Shown: positions 21,901 through 33,070, counted from the first letter of the stretch. The stretch: 64,000 nucleotides of DNA from an uncultured Planctomycetota bacterium (GCA_963737655.1 CAVTTN010000002.1:3616001-3680000), one strand, 5' to 3'. Translations and numbers: made by a program. Notes: generated by a model from the sequence alone, not told the origin.

Positions 21901-23064
21901 ATGAGGATCGTTCACGTCATCACTCGGTTGATCCTGGGAGGTGCTCAGGAGAACACGCTCCTCACCGTCGAAGGGCTCCATCATCGCCACGGCGACGACG
22001 TGACCCTGATCGCGGGACCGGCCGAAGGCCCCGAGGGAGACCTTTTCGACCGGGCCCGCCGCCAGGGGCTGAGGGTCGAGGTCATGCCCGAGCTCGTCCG
22101 GGCCATCCGCCCCGGGACCGACGTTCGCGCCTACCGCGAGTTGCGGCGGTCCATCCGCAGACTGAAGCCCGAGGTCGTCCACACGCACAGCTCGAAAGCG
22201 GGGATCGTCGGCCGGGTCGCCGCGTGGGATGAGCGCGTCCCGGCCGTCGTCCACACGATCCACGGTTTGCCGTTCGGGCCTTCGGAAACGCCTCTGAAGA
22301 ACCGTGTCTACATCGCCCTGGAACGCATGGCCGCGCGGCGTTGCCATGCGATCGTGAGCGTGTGCGACGCCATGACCGCGCAGGCGCTGGCGGCGAAGGT
22401 CGGCAAGCCCGAGCAATATCTCACCGTTTATAGCGGGATGGACGTCGATGCGTTCCTGAGTCCGGCGGAATCGCGCGAAGACGTCCGCCGCGAGCTCGGG
22501 CTTGAGCCTTCCGACGTCGCCTTCGCGACCGTCGCCCGGTTGTTCGAGCGAAAAGGCCACGACGACATCCTGGCGGCGGCCCCGGCCGTCCTCTCGATCA
22601 ATCCGAATGTCCGATTCGTGTTCATCGGAGACGGAATCTTGCGGGATCGATTGAAGGCCGAAGCCGAGCGTTCGGGGATCGGGCACGCGATCCGGTTCAC
22701 GGGCCTCGTCCCGCCCGACCGCATCCCGGGACTGTTGAACGCGGTCGATGCGGTCGTTCACCCCAGCCTCCGCGAAGGGCTGGCGAGGGTCTTGCCGCAA
22801 GCCTTACTCGTCGGGCGTCCCGTGATCAGCTACGACGTGGACGGGGCCCGCGAGGTCGTCCTCCCCGAGACCGGAATCCTGCTCAAGACGAAGGACTTCG
22901 ACGGCCTGAAGGCCGGAATCCTCAAGCTCGCCGCCGATCCCGCGCTCCGACGATCGATGGGCGAGGAGGGCCGGCGACGCTTCGCCCACCAGTTCCGCCA
23001 GGAGACGATGACCGATCAACTTCGATTGCTCTATGAGCGGCTTTTGAGCGCGGGGAGCGCTTGA
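21901..23064 (+). CDS. Glycosyltransferase family 4
   Basis: MRIVHVITRLILGGAQEN, VHTHSSKAG, VARLFERKGH, PSLREGLARVLPQAL. Confidence 0.92.
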   Translation: MRIVHVITRLILGGAQENTLLTVEGLHHRHGDDVTLIAGPAEGPEGDLFDRARRQGLRVEVMPELVRAIRPGTDVRAYRELRRSIRRLKPEVVHTHSSKAGIVGRVAAWDERVPAVVHTIHGLPFGPSETPLKNRVYIALERMAARRCHAIVSVCDAMTAQALAAKVGKPEQYLTVYSGMDVDAFLSPAESREDVRRELGLEPSDVAFATVARLFERKGHDDILAAAPAVLSINPNVRFVFIGDGILRDRLKAEAERSGIGHAIRFTGLVPPDRIPGLLNAVDAVVHPSLREGLARVLPQALLVGRPVISYDVDGAREVVLPETGILLKTKDFDGLKAGILKLAADPALRRSMGEEGRRRFAHQFRQETMTDQLRLLYERLLSAGSA

Positions 23065-23081
23065 GACCGGTCTGGCCTCGG

Positions 23082-24089
23082 TCAACCCTCCGCCGCCGGA
23101 CCGCCCCTCTCGTCAAACAGGCGGCTGACGCTCTCCCGCTTGTGGATCGAGAGGATGGCTCGGGCGAACAGAGGGGCGACGCTCACGACCGTGCAGTTTT
23201 GCGGGAGAGGCTCGGCCCGGTAGCCGATCGTGTCCGTGAGGACCAGCTCCTTGATCGGGCTCTTCGCGATCTTCGAGGCCGATCCCTTCGAGAAGACGCC
23301 GTGGGAGACGCAGGCATAAATGTCCCGCGCGCCTCGCGACTTGCAGGCGTTGGCCATCTCGATCAGGGTGCCGCCGGAGATGGTGAAGTCGTCCACGATC
23401 AGGACGTTCTTGCCCTGGACCTCGCCGATCACCGAATAGATCTCGGCGCGTTCCTTGTGGTCCATCCTCATCTTGTTGCCGATCACGACCGGGGCGTTCA
23501 TCATCTCGGCAAATCGGTACGCCTGCTTGCCGAACCCGACGTCGGGGCTGGCGACGACGAGGTCGGGGATCTCCTTCTGGCGGAAATAGTCGCTGAGGAT
23601 CGGCATCGCGTAGAGGTGATCGACGGGGACCTTGAAGAACCCCTGGATCTGGGGCGCGTGGAGGTCCATCGTCAGCACGCGGTCGGCCCCGGCAGCCTCG
23701 ATGGCGTCGGCCACGACCCGGGCGCGGATCGACACGCGGGGCTCGTCCTTCTTGTCCCCCTTGGCGTAGGAGAAGAACGGGATCACCGCGGTGACCTGGC
23801 TGGCGCTGGCGCGCTTGAAGGCGTCGATCCAGAACAGGAGCTCGACGAGGTTGTCGTTCACCGGGTATTCGGTCCCCTGGATGATGTAGACGTCCCGGCC
23901 TCGGACGTTCTCCAGGATTCGGACGAAAATGTTCCCCTCGCTGAAGATGTGGGTCTCCGACTTCGCCAGGCTCGTGCCGATGTGGCCGCAGACCGCCTTG
24001 CCCAGCGTGCTGCTGGCCCGGCCGGCGAAGATCTTGAGCTCGCCGTAAGGGTCGGCTTGCTTCGAGGTGCAGACCAGCGAGTTGTCCAT
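23082..24089 (-). CDS. prs: Ribose-phosphate pyrophosphokinase
   Basis: FSEGNIFVRILENVRG, IPFFSYAKGDKK, TMDLHAPQIQGFF, VASPDVG, LIVDDFTISGGTL. Confidence 0.95.
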   Translation of the reverse strand: MDNSLVCTSKQADPYGELKIFAGRASSTLGKAVCGHIGTSLAKSETHIFSEGNIFVRILENVRGRDVYIIQGTEYPVNDNLVELLFWIDAFKRASASQVTAVIPFFSYAKGDKKDEPRVSIRARVVADAIEAAGADRVLTMDLHAPQIQGFFKVPVDHLYAMPILSDYFRQKEIPDLVVASPDVGFGKQAYRFAEMMNAPVVIGNKMRMDHKERAEIYSVIGEVQGKNVLIVDDFTISGGTLIEMANACKSRGARDIYACVSHGVFSKGSASKIAKSPIKELVLTDTIGYRAEPLPQNCTVVSVAPLFARAILSIHKRESVSRLFDERGGPAAEG

Positions 24090-24338
24090 CGGTCTCGACC
24101 TCGCGACGCCCGGGAGGGATGGGGGTTCAGCCAATCTTAACAGTGGGCCCGGGTCGGGTACAGGCCGACGGTCCCCCTCGGGGCCTTCCGCCGCGGGCCG
24201 CATAGTCCGTGGTCGGCGGAGGCCCTCGACACCAAGGATTTGACTTTCCCACGAGAATATCGAGAATCATACAACTTTGACGGCCTGGGTCGACACGCCG
24301 ATCGGACGCGAGGGCCGGGGCCGCAAGGATCCAACCTC

Positions 24339-25310
24339 ATGAACTGGACCGAATTCACTCAGGTCCGCGACGACGCCCTGGCGGCCGACTCCTATTGGTC
24401 CCCGCTCTACGCCATCTTCGGGGAGCAGGGCGAGAACAACACCCGATTCCTCCTGGAGCGCGACAAGGCCCTGGAGGACCACAACCTGTTCCCCCTGACC
24501 GAGCTGGACTACGAAAGCTTATTCGGGGATTTCGCGATGGGCCGTGTCTCGGGCGACGGGATCTTCGTCTGCCTGATTCACAAGGGGCGCCACATGATCC
24601 GGACGGGAACGATGAACGCCTCGGGCCACCCCGCCCTGGCCGGAACGGCGCCGGTTTTCTGCGCGGGGGAGATCACCTCGACCGACTTCAAGTTCCAGAG
24701 CGGACACTACCGGCCCACGAAGCGTCACGTCTTCCTCTTCATGTGCAGATTCATCGACAATTCCTGCCAGAACCTCCTCGGGAACGCACGAGACGCGATG
24801 GTCCAGCAGATTGCCGCCATGCCCCTCACGGTCTGGCGAGATGAGAACAGCTCCTATTCGACCCGCTTCGGGGACGTGGGATTTCACGGTAACGCCGACC
24901 TGCATCCGCCGAGCACGCCGACGGTCAAGAGGATCGAGGCCGACCGCTCCGCCCGCGTCCCTCTTCCGGTCTTCGAGAGTCCCGAGCCGATCGTGCCGAC
25001 TCGCTCGCGGTCCAATGCCGTGAGTTCCGAGGGCGGCCTCGGCGTGCCGACGGTTGCGAAGGCCGCGCCGGCCAGCCCGCAGGTCTTCCAGGACTTCTCG
25101 AAGGTCGCGAAATGCCAGCGATGCTCCCAGAAGTTCGGTGTCTTCCGCAGTAAGTACACATGTGGGAAGTGCGGTCGGGCGATCTGCAAGGCGTGCCGAT
25201 TGCCGAAGAAAGCCGTCCGAGACCCGGCCGTCGCCTCCGCGTCCGTGGCCCAGCCGGGGAAGGCCGGCGCGGTCCGGATCTGCCTGGACTGTGGGCCCAA
25301 GGTCTGCTGA
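24339..25310 (+). CDS. Hypothetical protein with a toxin-like N-terminal domain, a Pro/Ser linker and a C-terminal FYVE-like zinc finger
   Basis: [17 protein letters not shown]...SGHYRP; C-terminal CxxC-x3-F...CxxCG-x3-CxxC...VRICxxC with eight Cys. Confidence 0.7.
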   Translation: MNWTEFTQVRDDALAADSYWSPLYAIFGEQGENNTRFLLERDKALEDHNLFPLTELDYESLFGDFAMGRVSGDGIFVCLIHKGRHMIRTGTMNASGHPALAGTAPVFCAGEITSTDFKFQSGHYRPTKRHVFLFMCRFIDNSCQNLLGNARDAMVQQIAAMPLTVWRDENSSYSTRFGDVGFHGNADLHPPSTPTVKRIEADRSARVPLPVFESPEPIVPTRSRSNAVSSEGGLGVPTVAKAAPASPQVFQDFSKVAKCQRCSQKFGVFRSKYTCGKCGRAICKACRLPKKAVRDPAVASASVAQPGKAGAVRICLDCGPKVC

Positions 25311-25453
25311 GTCCGAGGACCCGGAGGGGGGATCGACGATCCATCGGGTCCTCGTCCCTCGGGAACCTGTCCGGCTTCCCCGACGGCCCGGTTTGGATTA
25401 TCCTCAGTGGGCACAGTCCGCATCGCCCGCCCCGGACGGAGGTCTCCCCGACG

Positions 25454-26391
25454 ATGAAGATCATCCTGGCCAATCCCCGAGGCTTCTGCGCGGGGGTGAA
25501 CATGGCCATCGAGAGCCTGGAAAGGTCGCTGGATCTGTTCGGGGCGCCGTTGTTCGTCTATCACGAGATCGTCCACAACAAATACGTCGTCGAACGTTTC
25601 AAGAAGCGCGGGGTGGTCTTCGTCGAATCGCTCCAGGAAGTGCCGGAAGGCGCCCCCTGCTCTACAGCGCCCACGGCGTCTCCCCCCAGATCCGCGCCGA
25701 GGCCCGCGAACGCCGGCTCCGCGCGATCGACGCGACGTGCCCCCTGGTGACGAAGGTCCACCTCGAAGCGGTCAAGTACGCGAGCGAAGGATACACCATC
25801 GTCCTGATTGGACACGAAGGGCACGACGAGGTCATCGGCACGATGGGCGAGGCGCCGGACCGGATGATCCTGGTCGAGACGGCCGAGGACGTCGATCGCC
25901 TGGAGATCAATCCCGCAAAAATTGCCTACTTGACCCAGACCACCCTCAGCGTGGACGACGCGAACGTCGTGATCGACGCCCTACGCCGCAAGTTCCCCCA
26001 GATCGCCAATCCTCCCAAGGATGACATCTGCTACGCCACGCAGAACCGGCAAGAGGCGGTCCGCGACCTGGCGACCCGGGCCGACGTGGTCCTGGTTCTC
26101 GGCAGCCAGAATAGCTCCAACAGCAAGAGGCTGGCCGAGATCGCCGGGGCCCTGGGCCCTCATGCCCACCTGATCGACGGCGTCAGCGAGATCCGCCCGG
26201 AGTGGTTCGCCGGTGCGGAAACCGTTCTGATCACGGCCGGCGCCAGCGCCCCCGAAGACGTGGTCCTGGAGTGCGTCGAATACCTCGAACGCGAGTATGG
26301 CGCGACGGTCTCCGAGGAAACGATCCGCGAGGAGAACGTTCACTTCCCCCTGCCCCGGACGCTTCGCGAGCTTCTGCCGGTCCTGGGTTGA
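25454..26391 (+). CDS. ispH: 4-hydroxy-3-methylbut-2-enyl diphosphate reductase; frameshift in a C run at ~25655
   Basis: [65 protein letters not shown]. Confidence 0.95.
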
Positions 26392-26414
26392 GGTGAGCTG
26401 AGGTCCAGGACCGC

Positions 26415-27158
26415 TCAGGCGAATGGATCGCGTTCCTTCTTCTCCCGGTCGAGCTCGGTGAGCAGGGTGGAGCACTGGACGCAGGCATTGGCGCAGAGGA
26501 ACGTGACGGCGAACGAGGCGACGGTCTGGGCGAAGGTCGAGGCCAGGACGGCCTGGGCGAACAGGGCCCGGCGGCCCATCGGACCGCCCGCGTGCAGAAT
26601 CCCGAGGACCTGCAGCACGAAGAACAGCCAGAACGCCATGCCGAACCACGCCGAGAGTCGCGCGATCTTGCGGGCGGCGAGCAGGTCGTTCCGTCCGAGG
26701 TGAATGAGCAGCTCGGCGGCGAGGTCTCCGTAGAGGATCAGCTCGAAGAGATTCGTGAAGGGCGAGGCAAGCAGCCTGGCCGCGTCCACGTTCGCGTTCG
26801 GCGGGATCGTGCCGAGCCCGAGGATCTGCGAATGATCGACGCACCAGAAGGCCAGGTCCACCGAGTTCAGCAGGGCGAGCAAGACGGCCTTACGCCTCCA
26901 GAGCCGATCGTCGAATCGGCCGATCAGGAGGATCGAGCCGATCAGGCTGCCCCAGGTGATCGGGGCGCCGACGAGCCATTCCCACGCCGGCGAATCCAGG
27001 ACTTGCCGGATGTCTCGGCCGTCGTCGAACATGGCGAAGAGATGGCACAGGCTGTCCAGGGCCAGCAGCCCCAGGGACAGGGCGCCCAGGGCGAAGCTCG
27101 CCCGGCAGAGCCGATACCTCGGGCTCGGGTCGATCGGCGTCGTCCAATCGTCGGGCAT
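26415..27158 (-). CDS. Hypothetical polytopic membrane protein
   Basis: About six hydrophobic helices; start inferred at MPDDW. Confidence 0.65.
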   Translation of the reverse strand: MPDDWTTPIDPSPRYRLCRASFALGALSLGLLALDSLCHLFAMFDDGRDIRQVLDSPAWEWLVGAPITWGSLIGSILLIGRFDDRLWRRKAVLLALLNSVDLAFWCVDHSQILGLGTIPPNANVDAARLLASPFTNLFELILYGDLAAELLIHLGRNDLLAARKIARLSAWFGMAFWLFFVLQVLGILHAGGPMGRRALFAQAVLASTFAQTVASFAVTFLCANACVQCSTLLTELDREKKERDPFA

Positions 27159-27270
27159 GTCCACCGCGATCCCTCCGGGGTCGTCCTCCTGGCAAGACGC
27201 CATTATACCCGTCTCGGGGCACATTCGACCAGGAACGAAACCGTCGGCGATCGAGACCGGGCGTCCCGGC

Positions 27271-27636
27271 TCACCGTTCTCGGGACCGGATGACCAGCGC
27301 AATCCGTCCCCAGGCGGCGCCTCTCGGGATGATGGCCGGAGCCAGGGTCAGGACCAACTCATTTCGGGCGATCCCGAGTTTTTCGATCGGGAAGTCCGCC
27401 CCGGATCGACCTTCAATCGGCAGATCCTGCCCGTTCAGGAGGATCCGGACGACCCCGGCGACCGCCTCGACGCGCAGGAAAAGTTCATCGTCGGCCGCGA
27501 TCGTCGGCCGATGGAAGGAACGAGAGAGGCGATCGGGGATCGGGCCGTCCCAGGTCTCGGGAAGGTCCACCTTGCGGAGGTCGTCGCCGAAGAGGCCAAG
27601 CCAGGCGCGTCGGAGCTGAATCGGATGCTCGGGCAC
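27271..27636 (-). CDS. Small hypothetical beta-sandwich-like protein
   Basis: HPIQLRRAW...RSFHRPT...ILLNGQ...RNELVL...GRIALVI; same orientation as, and adjacent to, the membrane protein gene. Confidence 0.55.
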   Translation of the reverse strand: MPEHPIQLRRAWLGLFGDDLRKVDLPETWDGPIPDRLSRSFHRPTIAADDELFLRVEAVAGVVRILLNGQDLPIEGRSGADFPIEKLGIARNELVLTLAPAIIPRGAAWGRIALVIRSRER

Positions 27637-27900
27637 GGGTTCGGGGCCTCGTTCGTGGGGTCCGGGATTGGTCTGGCCATGATCGGCGAGGGTGGCTATG
27701 ATCGCAAGGGATTGCCGAGGCCCGGGAGCTCACGGAAGGCTCGGGCCGGATCGAGCGACCCCCTCCTCGCCTGGCACCCCCAACCGGTCGGCCTTCCGAT
27801 TGTCCCCCCTGCTCCCGGCGATGTCGCCCGGGTCGGCGGTTTGCCGACATCCCCGGTCCCGCCTCGTCTCGGACCCCGACTTAACCGTCGCGGATCGCCC

Positions 27901-28919
27901 ATGAGTTACGGCCTGCCCCACCTCGATCCGAGGACCCAATCGCTGACCGGGGTTCAGATCCTGGCCACCGGGAGCGCCGTGCCCGAGCGGGTCGTCACCA
28001 ACGCCGACCTCCGCGAATCCCACGGGTTCGACCCGGACTGGATCGTCAACCGCACCGGCATCCACGAAAGGCGGTTCGCCCCGCCTCACGTGGCCACCAG
28101 CGACCTCTGCGCCAGGCGGCCTCGCGGTGCCTGAAGGCCGCCGGTTGCGAGCCGGGCGAGGTGGATCTGCTGATCATCGGCACGATGACGCCCGACATGG
28201 CGTTCCCTTCCACGGGTTGCCTGGTCCAGGACCGCCTGAAGCTGAACTGTCCGGCCTTCGACCTCCAGGCCGCCTGTGCCGGCTTCGTGTTCAGCCTGAT
28301 CACCGCCGCCCAGTTCATCGCGGCCGGGACGAGCAAGAGGGCCCTGGTCGTCGGCGGGGACTGCAACAGCCGGGTCATCAACCCGAACGATCCCAAGAGC
28401 TTCCCCCTGTTCGGCGACGGCGCCGGGGCGGTCCTGCTCGCTCCCGGGCGGGCCGATCAGGGGATGCTGGCCTACCAGTTCGGCTCCGACGGCTCGGGCG
28501 GAGACCTCCTGAATCGCCCCGCCTGCGGGAGCCGGATGCCCCCGACGGCCGAGGCGCTCGATCGCGGCCTCCATTACCTGACGATGGACGGCCGGGCGGT
28601 CTTCAAGTGGGCCGTCCGGGTGCTGACCGACTCGACCAACGACGTCCTGGTCCACGCCGGCAAGACCGTCGCCGATTGCCGATGGTTCGTCCCTCATCAG
28701 GCCAACATCCGGATCATCCATGCCGCCAGCGACGTCCTGGGCTTCCCTCGCGAGGCGGTCTTCAAGAACCTCGATCGCTACGGGAACACCTCGGGAGGGA
28801 CGATCCCGATCGCCCTGGACGAGATGAACCGGGATGGCCAGATCGCGCCGGGCGATCTCCTGCTCACGTCCGGCTTCGGCGCCGGATTGACCTGGGGCAC
28901 GGCCCTCTGGAAGTGGTGA
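27901..28919 (+). CDS. fabH: 3-oxoacyl-ACP synthase III; frameshift at ~28112
   Basis: TGSAVPERVVTN, WIVNRTGIHERR, FDLQAACAGF (Cys), LFGDGAGA, VPHQANIRII (His), YGNTS (Asn), GFGAGLTWG. Confidence 0.93.
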
Positions 28920-28928
28920 TCGCGCGGG

Positions 28929-29204
28929 TCACGCCCCCAGGCGCTTCTCGTCGCGCTCTCGTCGGGTGATTTCCAGGTCGAACCGGGTGAGCTCCAGCTC
29001 CAGGTGGAGCCGCTCGAGGGCCTCTCGCGCCACGAGGAGGGCCCGCCCTCGGAATCGGGCCTGGTCGATGGCGTCGGCCACGGCCGGTGCCAGCTCGTCC
29101 CGGATGTCGGGAGGAAGCGATTGCACCTGCGCCATCAAAGCCGAGAGCTCGGCCGGGGCCGATTCGACGGCTCCGGGCGCGGGCCGTTGGGATGCTGCGT
29201 ACAT
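28929..29204 (-). CDS. Small helical hypothetical protein
   Basis: Coiled-coil-like REALERLHLELELTRFDLEITRRERD; ATG at 29204. Confidence 0.6.
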   Translation of the reverse strand: MYAASQRPAPGAVESAPAELSALMAQVQSLPPDIRDELAPAVADAIDQARFRGRALLVAREALERLHLELELTRFDLEITRRERDEKRLGA

Positions 29205-29445
29205 GGTGAAGTCTCTCGGGTCGTCTTCAGGGAGTCTATCACGGATTCTCGCGAAGGTTTTTCGGTCGTCGGGTTTTTTTCGACTGGGCAAGGAGGGATG
29301 GCTCGGCGATCCCCATCCGACGGGCACAGCTCCTCGATCCGGCCGGTTCGGCGCGAGGGTCGTCGGGGATTGATCTTCTCGACTTGAGGGATCGCCGATA
29401 AATTGCCCGGCCCTTCCCCCGATCGAAGAGACGGAGGCACCCGCC

Positions 29446-32400
29446 ATGCCGCTCCCCGCCATTCGCCCGGTCCTGCTGGGCCTGGTGATCGCCGCCTCGG
29501 CCGTGGCCCAGGACGCCGACCGACCCTCGACGACCTTTCGCGAGGGATTCGAGGGGCCGAAACCCTCGTGGAGACGCGAGGAGACCGACGCGACGGTCAA
29601 GATCCTCGCCCACGAGCGGACCGCCCTCGCCAGCCATGAGGGGAAAAGCTCGGAGCGGTTCGAGTTCACCGCGGGGCCGGGCAGCGTCCTCTATTACAGC
29701 CTGAACGTCCCGAACGTGGCGATCGACGACGAGACCAGGGCGACCCTGTTCGTCCGGTCCAGTCGCTCGGGCATCCAGCTTTACGGACGGGTCGTCCTGC
29801 CCAGGGACCTCGACCCCGACACCGGCCGCCCGTCGTTCGTCCTGGTGGCCGGGACGAGCACCGCCACGGCCGACCGGTGGCAGAAGGTCGAACTCTCGAA
29901 CATGAGGGCCGCGCTGGAACGGGAAGTCCGCGTCCTGAGGATCGGATCGGGCCGGAAAGTGCCGATCGAGGGGGCGTACCTCGAACGCCTGGTCGTGAAC
30001 CTCTACAGCGGGGCCGGCGGGACCGAGGTCTTCCTCGATGACCTGAGCCTCAGCCCGGTCCCGGTCGACAAAGGCCCCGAAGTCGCCGAGGAAAAGCTCC
30101 CCGAGCTGCCGCCGACCCGCGACGGTCGGCCCGGCCGATCGCCCGACTCCGGCCGGGTCCAGCTCGTCCGCAATCAACTCCTGAAAGACGGTTACGACTG
30201 GGTGCCCACCATCATCCACGCCCCCGGGGCAGACCCGGCCATCCTCCGGCAGAACGGCTTCGACGTCCTGGCGCTGGACGCAGACGACCCTCCGGCCGTC
30301 GCCCAGGCGGCGATCAAGGCGGGCCTGATGCTCATGCCGACCTTGAACGCCGGCCCCGGGATCGATCCGGGAGTGGTGGTCGGGCAGGCGGCGACCTATC
30401 CCGAGAAAGATTACGTCGCCATGTGGAGCCTCGGCGACGACCTGGGGACGAACCGCGACCTCTCGGCCCGAAAAGTGGCCCTGGAGCGGCACCGGAGGAT
30501 CGTGGCGGGCCTCCACGACCTGCCGGCCGGGACCTCTCGCCTGGTGACCGGCACCGTCGGCGGCTTCGTCCCGCAATATGCCCTGGCCGGGCGGAGCCTG
30601 GACCTCTTGGGCGTGGAGGCGCCCGACCTGGCGACCGCCCGCGAGCCGATCGACACCTATCGATTCCTGGAGCAGAGGCGGAACCTGGCGATCCCCAAGA
30701 ACCCGCGAATCCCCATGCTGGCGTGGATCCCGGCCTCCGCCCCGCCGGCGATCGCCGAGAACGTCTGGGGGGCCGATCCGCCTCCGACCTGGGGTCAACC
30801 GGAGATCCTGCCCGAGCAAATCCGCATGTACACCTATACGGCGCTCGCCGCGGGATACCGCGCGATCGGCTTCCGTGGCGGGGAGGACCTCACGAGGCCC
30901 GAGGGCGAGCCGCGGCTGATCGAGATGGCCTTGCTGAACGCCGAGATCGACCTGGTGGAATCGGTCCTCGCCCGGGGGGCCGATACCATCCCCTTCGGCC
31001 CCGCGTTCCCGCCCGACCCGGAAATCCCGATGGTCTTCAACCCGCTGGGGACCAGCGGCGGCATCAGCTCGGCCGGCAAGAACACCAGCCAGCAGATGCC
31101 CACCTTGAAAGAAACGCCGGCTCACCCGTCGATCCGAGTGGCCAGCCTCCCCACCAGCGACAATCGCGGCCGGCTCCTCATGGTCATGGACCTCCCGTCG
31201 CAAGGGCAGTACGTCCCGGGCCAGATGGCGATCAATAACCTCAAGCTGATGGTCCAGGGGCTGGAGAGTTCCCAGGCGTTCGAGATCACCCCGGCCGGGC
31301 TGAACGTCCTGAAGAGGGATAGGACCACGGGCGGGATGCGGTTCACCCTGCCGGTCTTCAACGTCACGGCCCTGGTCCTCGTGACCACCGACCTGAGCGT
31401 GAAGGATCGCCTGGAGGCCGACATCGCCCGGATCGCCCCGATGGCCTGCGAGCTGGCGATCCGCCAGGCCCGGGCCTCGTTCGAGCTGACCCGGCAGATC
31501 AACGCCCGCCTGGTCCTCGACGGCCACAGCGTCCGGGACTCCGACGACCTCCTGGCGCAGGCCGACGAGGTGATCAAGGCGGCCGGCGACGCCAAGGACC
31601 GGATGGATTATCCCCTGGCCTGGTCCGAGGCGCAACGAGCCGGCCGGGCCCTCCGCCTGCTGCGTTGGAACCAGTTCATGCAGGGGTGGTTCCGCATCCT
31701 CACCACGACCCGACAACTCGGCAAGACGGCCAGCCCTCCGCCCCCGCCGATGATGCCCTACATCGTGGGCATCCCCCCCCTGACGTCCTGGCACACCCTC
31801 CCCCAGCACGATATCTGGGTCGATTGGGCCAAGGGGACCCAGGGGCCGTTCGGCCCGAACCTCATGCCGACCGGGGAGTTCGAGGTGGAATCGACCGAAC
31901 ACCTCGAATCGCTCGGCTGGAAGGACGTCAGCTATCAGACCGAGGGGGTCGAGGCCACGAAAATCGTCTACAAGGGCCAGGGTTTCGGCCCTCCCAACGC
32001 GGCCTTGCGCTTCACGGTCTCGGCGAAGGACGCCAAGGAGGCCGACCAGGCGATCCCGTTCCTCGATCACCCGGCCGTCGCCCTCCGCACCCCTCCCGTG
32101 AAGACGTTGCCCGGGAACCTGTTCCGGATTCGGGTCCACGTGAAGATGGAGAGGCTCCTGTCCTCGGCCACCGGGGGCGCCATCATCCGGGACTCGATCG
32201 GAGGCGAGACGTACCAGGTGAGGATCACCTCGCCGACGCTCAGTTGGCGAGAAGTCACCATCTATCGCAGGGCCCCGGCCGAAGGGGAGCTGACCGTGAC
32301 CCTGGGATTGGCCGGTTATGGCGAGGTCTGGTTCGATAGCCTCCGGATCGATACGATCGTGGACCCTTCGACCCTGCCGGTTCCTTCGTCCCGGGACGCC

Positions 32401-32508
32401 GACGACACCGTGGCCGAGCGTCGTCAGGCTTCGCCGAGCCGGACGGCAACCCGGCCGACCGGAGAAACGGCGTCCCGTCCCGCCGCGACGACCCGCCCGA
32501 GGCAGTAG
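29446..32508 (+). CDS. Large exported protein (1020 aa), possibly CBM-like domains around a glycoside-hydrolase-like core
   Basis: GGAGG RBS; signal peptide ending AVA-QD; FREGFEG...VFLDDL and NLMPTGEFE...VWFDSLRI jelly-roll-like motifs. Function is inferred only. Confidence 0.6.
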   Translation: MPLPAIRPVLLGLVIAASAVAQDADRPSTTFREGFEGPKPSWRREETDATVKILAHERTALASHEGKSSERFEFTAGPGSVLYYSLNVPNVAIDDETRATLFVRSSRSGIQLYGRVVLPRDLDPDTGRPSFVLVAGTSTATADRWQKVELSNMRAALEREVRVLRIGSGRKVPIEGAYLERLVVNLYSGAGGTEVFLDDLSLSPVPVDKGPEVAEEKLPELPPTRDGRPGRSPDSGRVQLVRNQLLKDGYDWVPTIIHAPGADPAILRQNGFDVLALDADDPPAVAQAAIKAGLMLMPTLNAGPGIDPGVVVGQAATYPEKDYVAMWSLGDDLGTNRDLSARKVALERHRRIVAGLHDLPAGTSRLVTGTVGGFVPQYALAGRSLDLLGVEAPDLATAREPIDTYRFLEQRRNLAIPKNPRIPMLAWIPASAPPAIAENVWGADPPPTWGQPEILPEQIRMYTYTALAAGYRAIGFRGGEDLTRPEGEPRLIEMALLNAEIDLVESVLARGADTIPFGPAFPPDPEIPMVFNPLGTSGGISSAGKNTSQQMPTLKETPAHPSIRVASLPTSDNRGRLLMVMDLPSQGQYVPGQMAINNLKLMVQGLESSQAFEITPAGLNVLKRDRTTGGMRFTLPVFNVTALVLVTTDLSVKDRLEADIARIAPMACELAIRQARASFELTRQINARLVLDGHSVRDSDDLLAQADEVIKAAGDAKDRMDYPLAWSEAQRAGRALRLLRWNQFMQGWFRILTTTRQLGKTASPPPPPMMPYIVGIPPLTSWHTLPQHDIWVDWAKGTQGPFGPNLMPTGEFEVESTEHLESLGWKDVSYQTEGVEATKIVYKGQGFGPPNAALRFTVSAKDAKEADQAIPFLDHPAVALRTPPVKTLPGNLFRIRVHVKMERLLSSATGGAIIRDSIGGETYQVRITSPTLSWREVTIYRRAPAEGELTVTLGLAGYGEVWFDSLRIDTIVDPSTLPVPSSRDADDTVAERRQASPSRTATRPTGETASRPAATTRPRQ

Positions 32509-32574
32509 AGGTTCCCGGGAGGGCGACCGATCGGCGGAGACCTCGTGAAATCGATCGCGGAGATCGGGGGTTCC

Positions 32575-33051
32575 ATGTCCGAGATCGAGCCGGAAGCCTT
32601 CGATGCCTATCGACCTCCCGAGACGCAACCCGAGGGGGGCGGCCCCTCCTCGGACGATCCGGCCCTGGCCCGGAAATTTCGCGAGCAGATGCTCGCCCTC
32701 GGCGTCCTCTGGATCCTGATCGGCGCAGGCGCCGCGGGCCTGGTGTGGCTGGTGGTGCAGGGCAACATGGATCTGGCCTGGACCCTGGGCGGCGAGAGCC
32801 GGCTGCTTCTGATCGTCACGGCCGCCCTGGGTGGGACCTGGCTGGTCGTCGGCATCTTCACCTGCGCGAAGCAGATGTGGGCCGTCTACCTCGGCCTGCT
32901 CCTGAGCTATCTTTCGCTCCTGGGCAATCTGATCCGCCTGAATCTCTGCTCGATCGTCGTGGTCGCCCTGGTGATCCTCCAGGCGCATCGGGTGATCGGC
33001 TGGTCGAGGCAGCTTCCCAAGGCCCGCCAGCTTGATGATCTTGGGGCCTGA
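32575..33051 (+). CDS. Membrane protein with about four TM helices
   Basis: AYRPP N-terminal motif followed by hydrophobic helices. Confidence 0.65.
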   Translation: MSEIEPEAFDAYRPPETQPEGGGPSSDDPALARKFREQMLALGVLWILIGAGAAGLVWLVVQGNMDLAWTLGGESRLLLIVTAALGGTWLVVGIFTCAKQMWAVYLGLLLSYLSLLGNLIRLNLCSIVVVALVILQAHRVIGWSRQLPKARQLDDLGA

Positions 33052-33070
33052 GGCGGATTCCGAGGGATGG

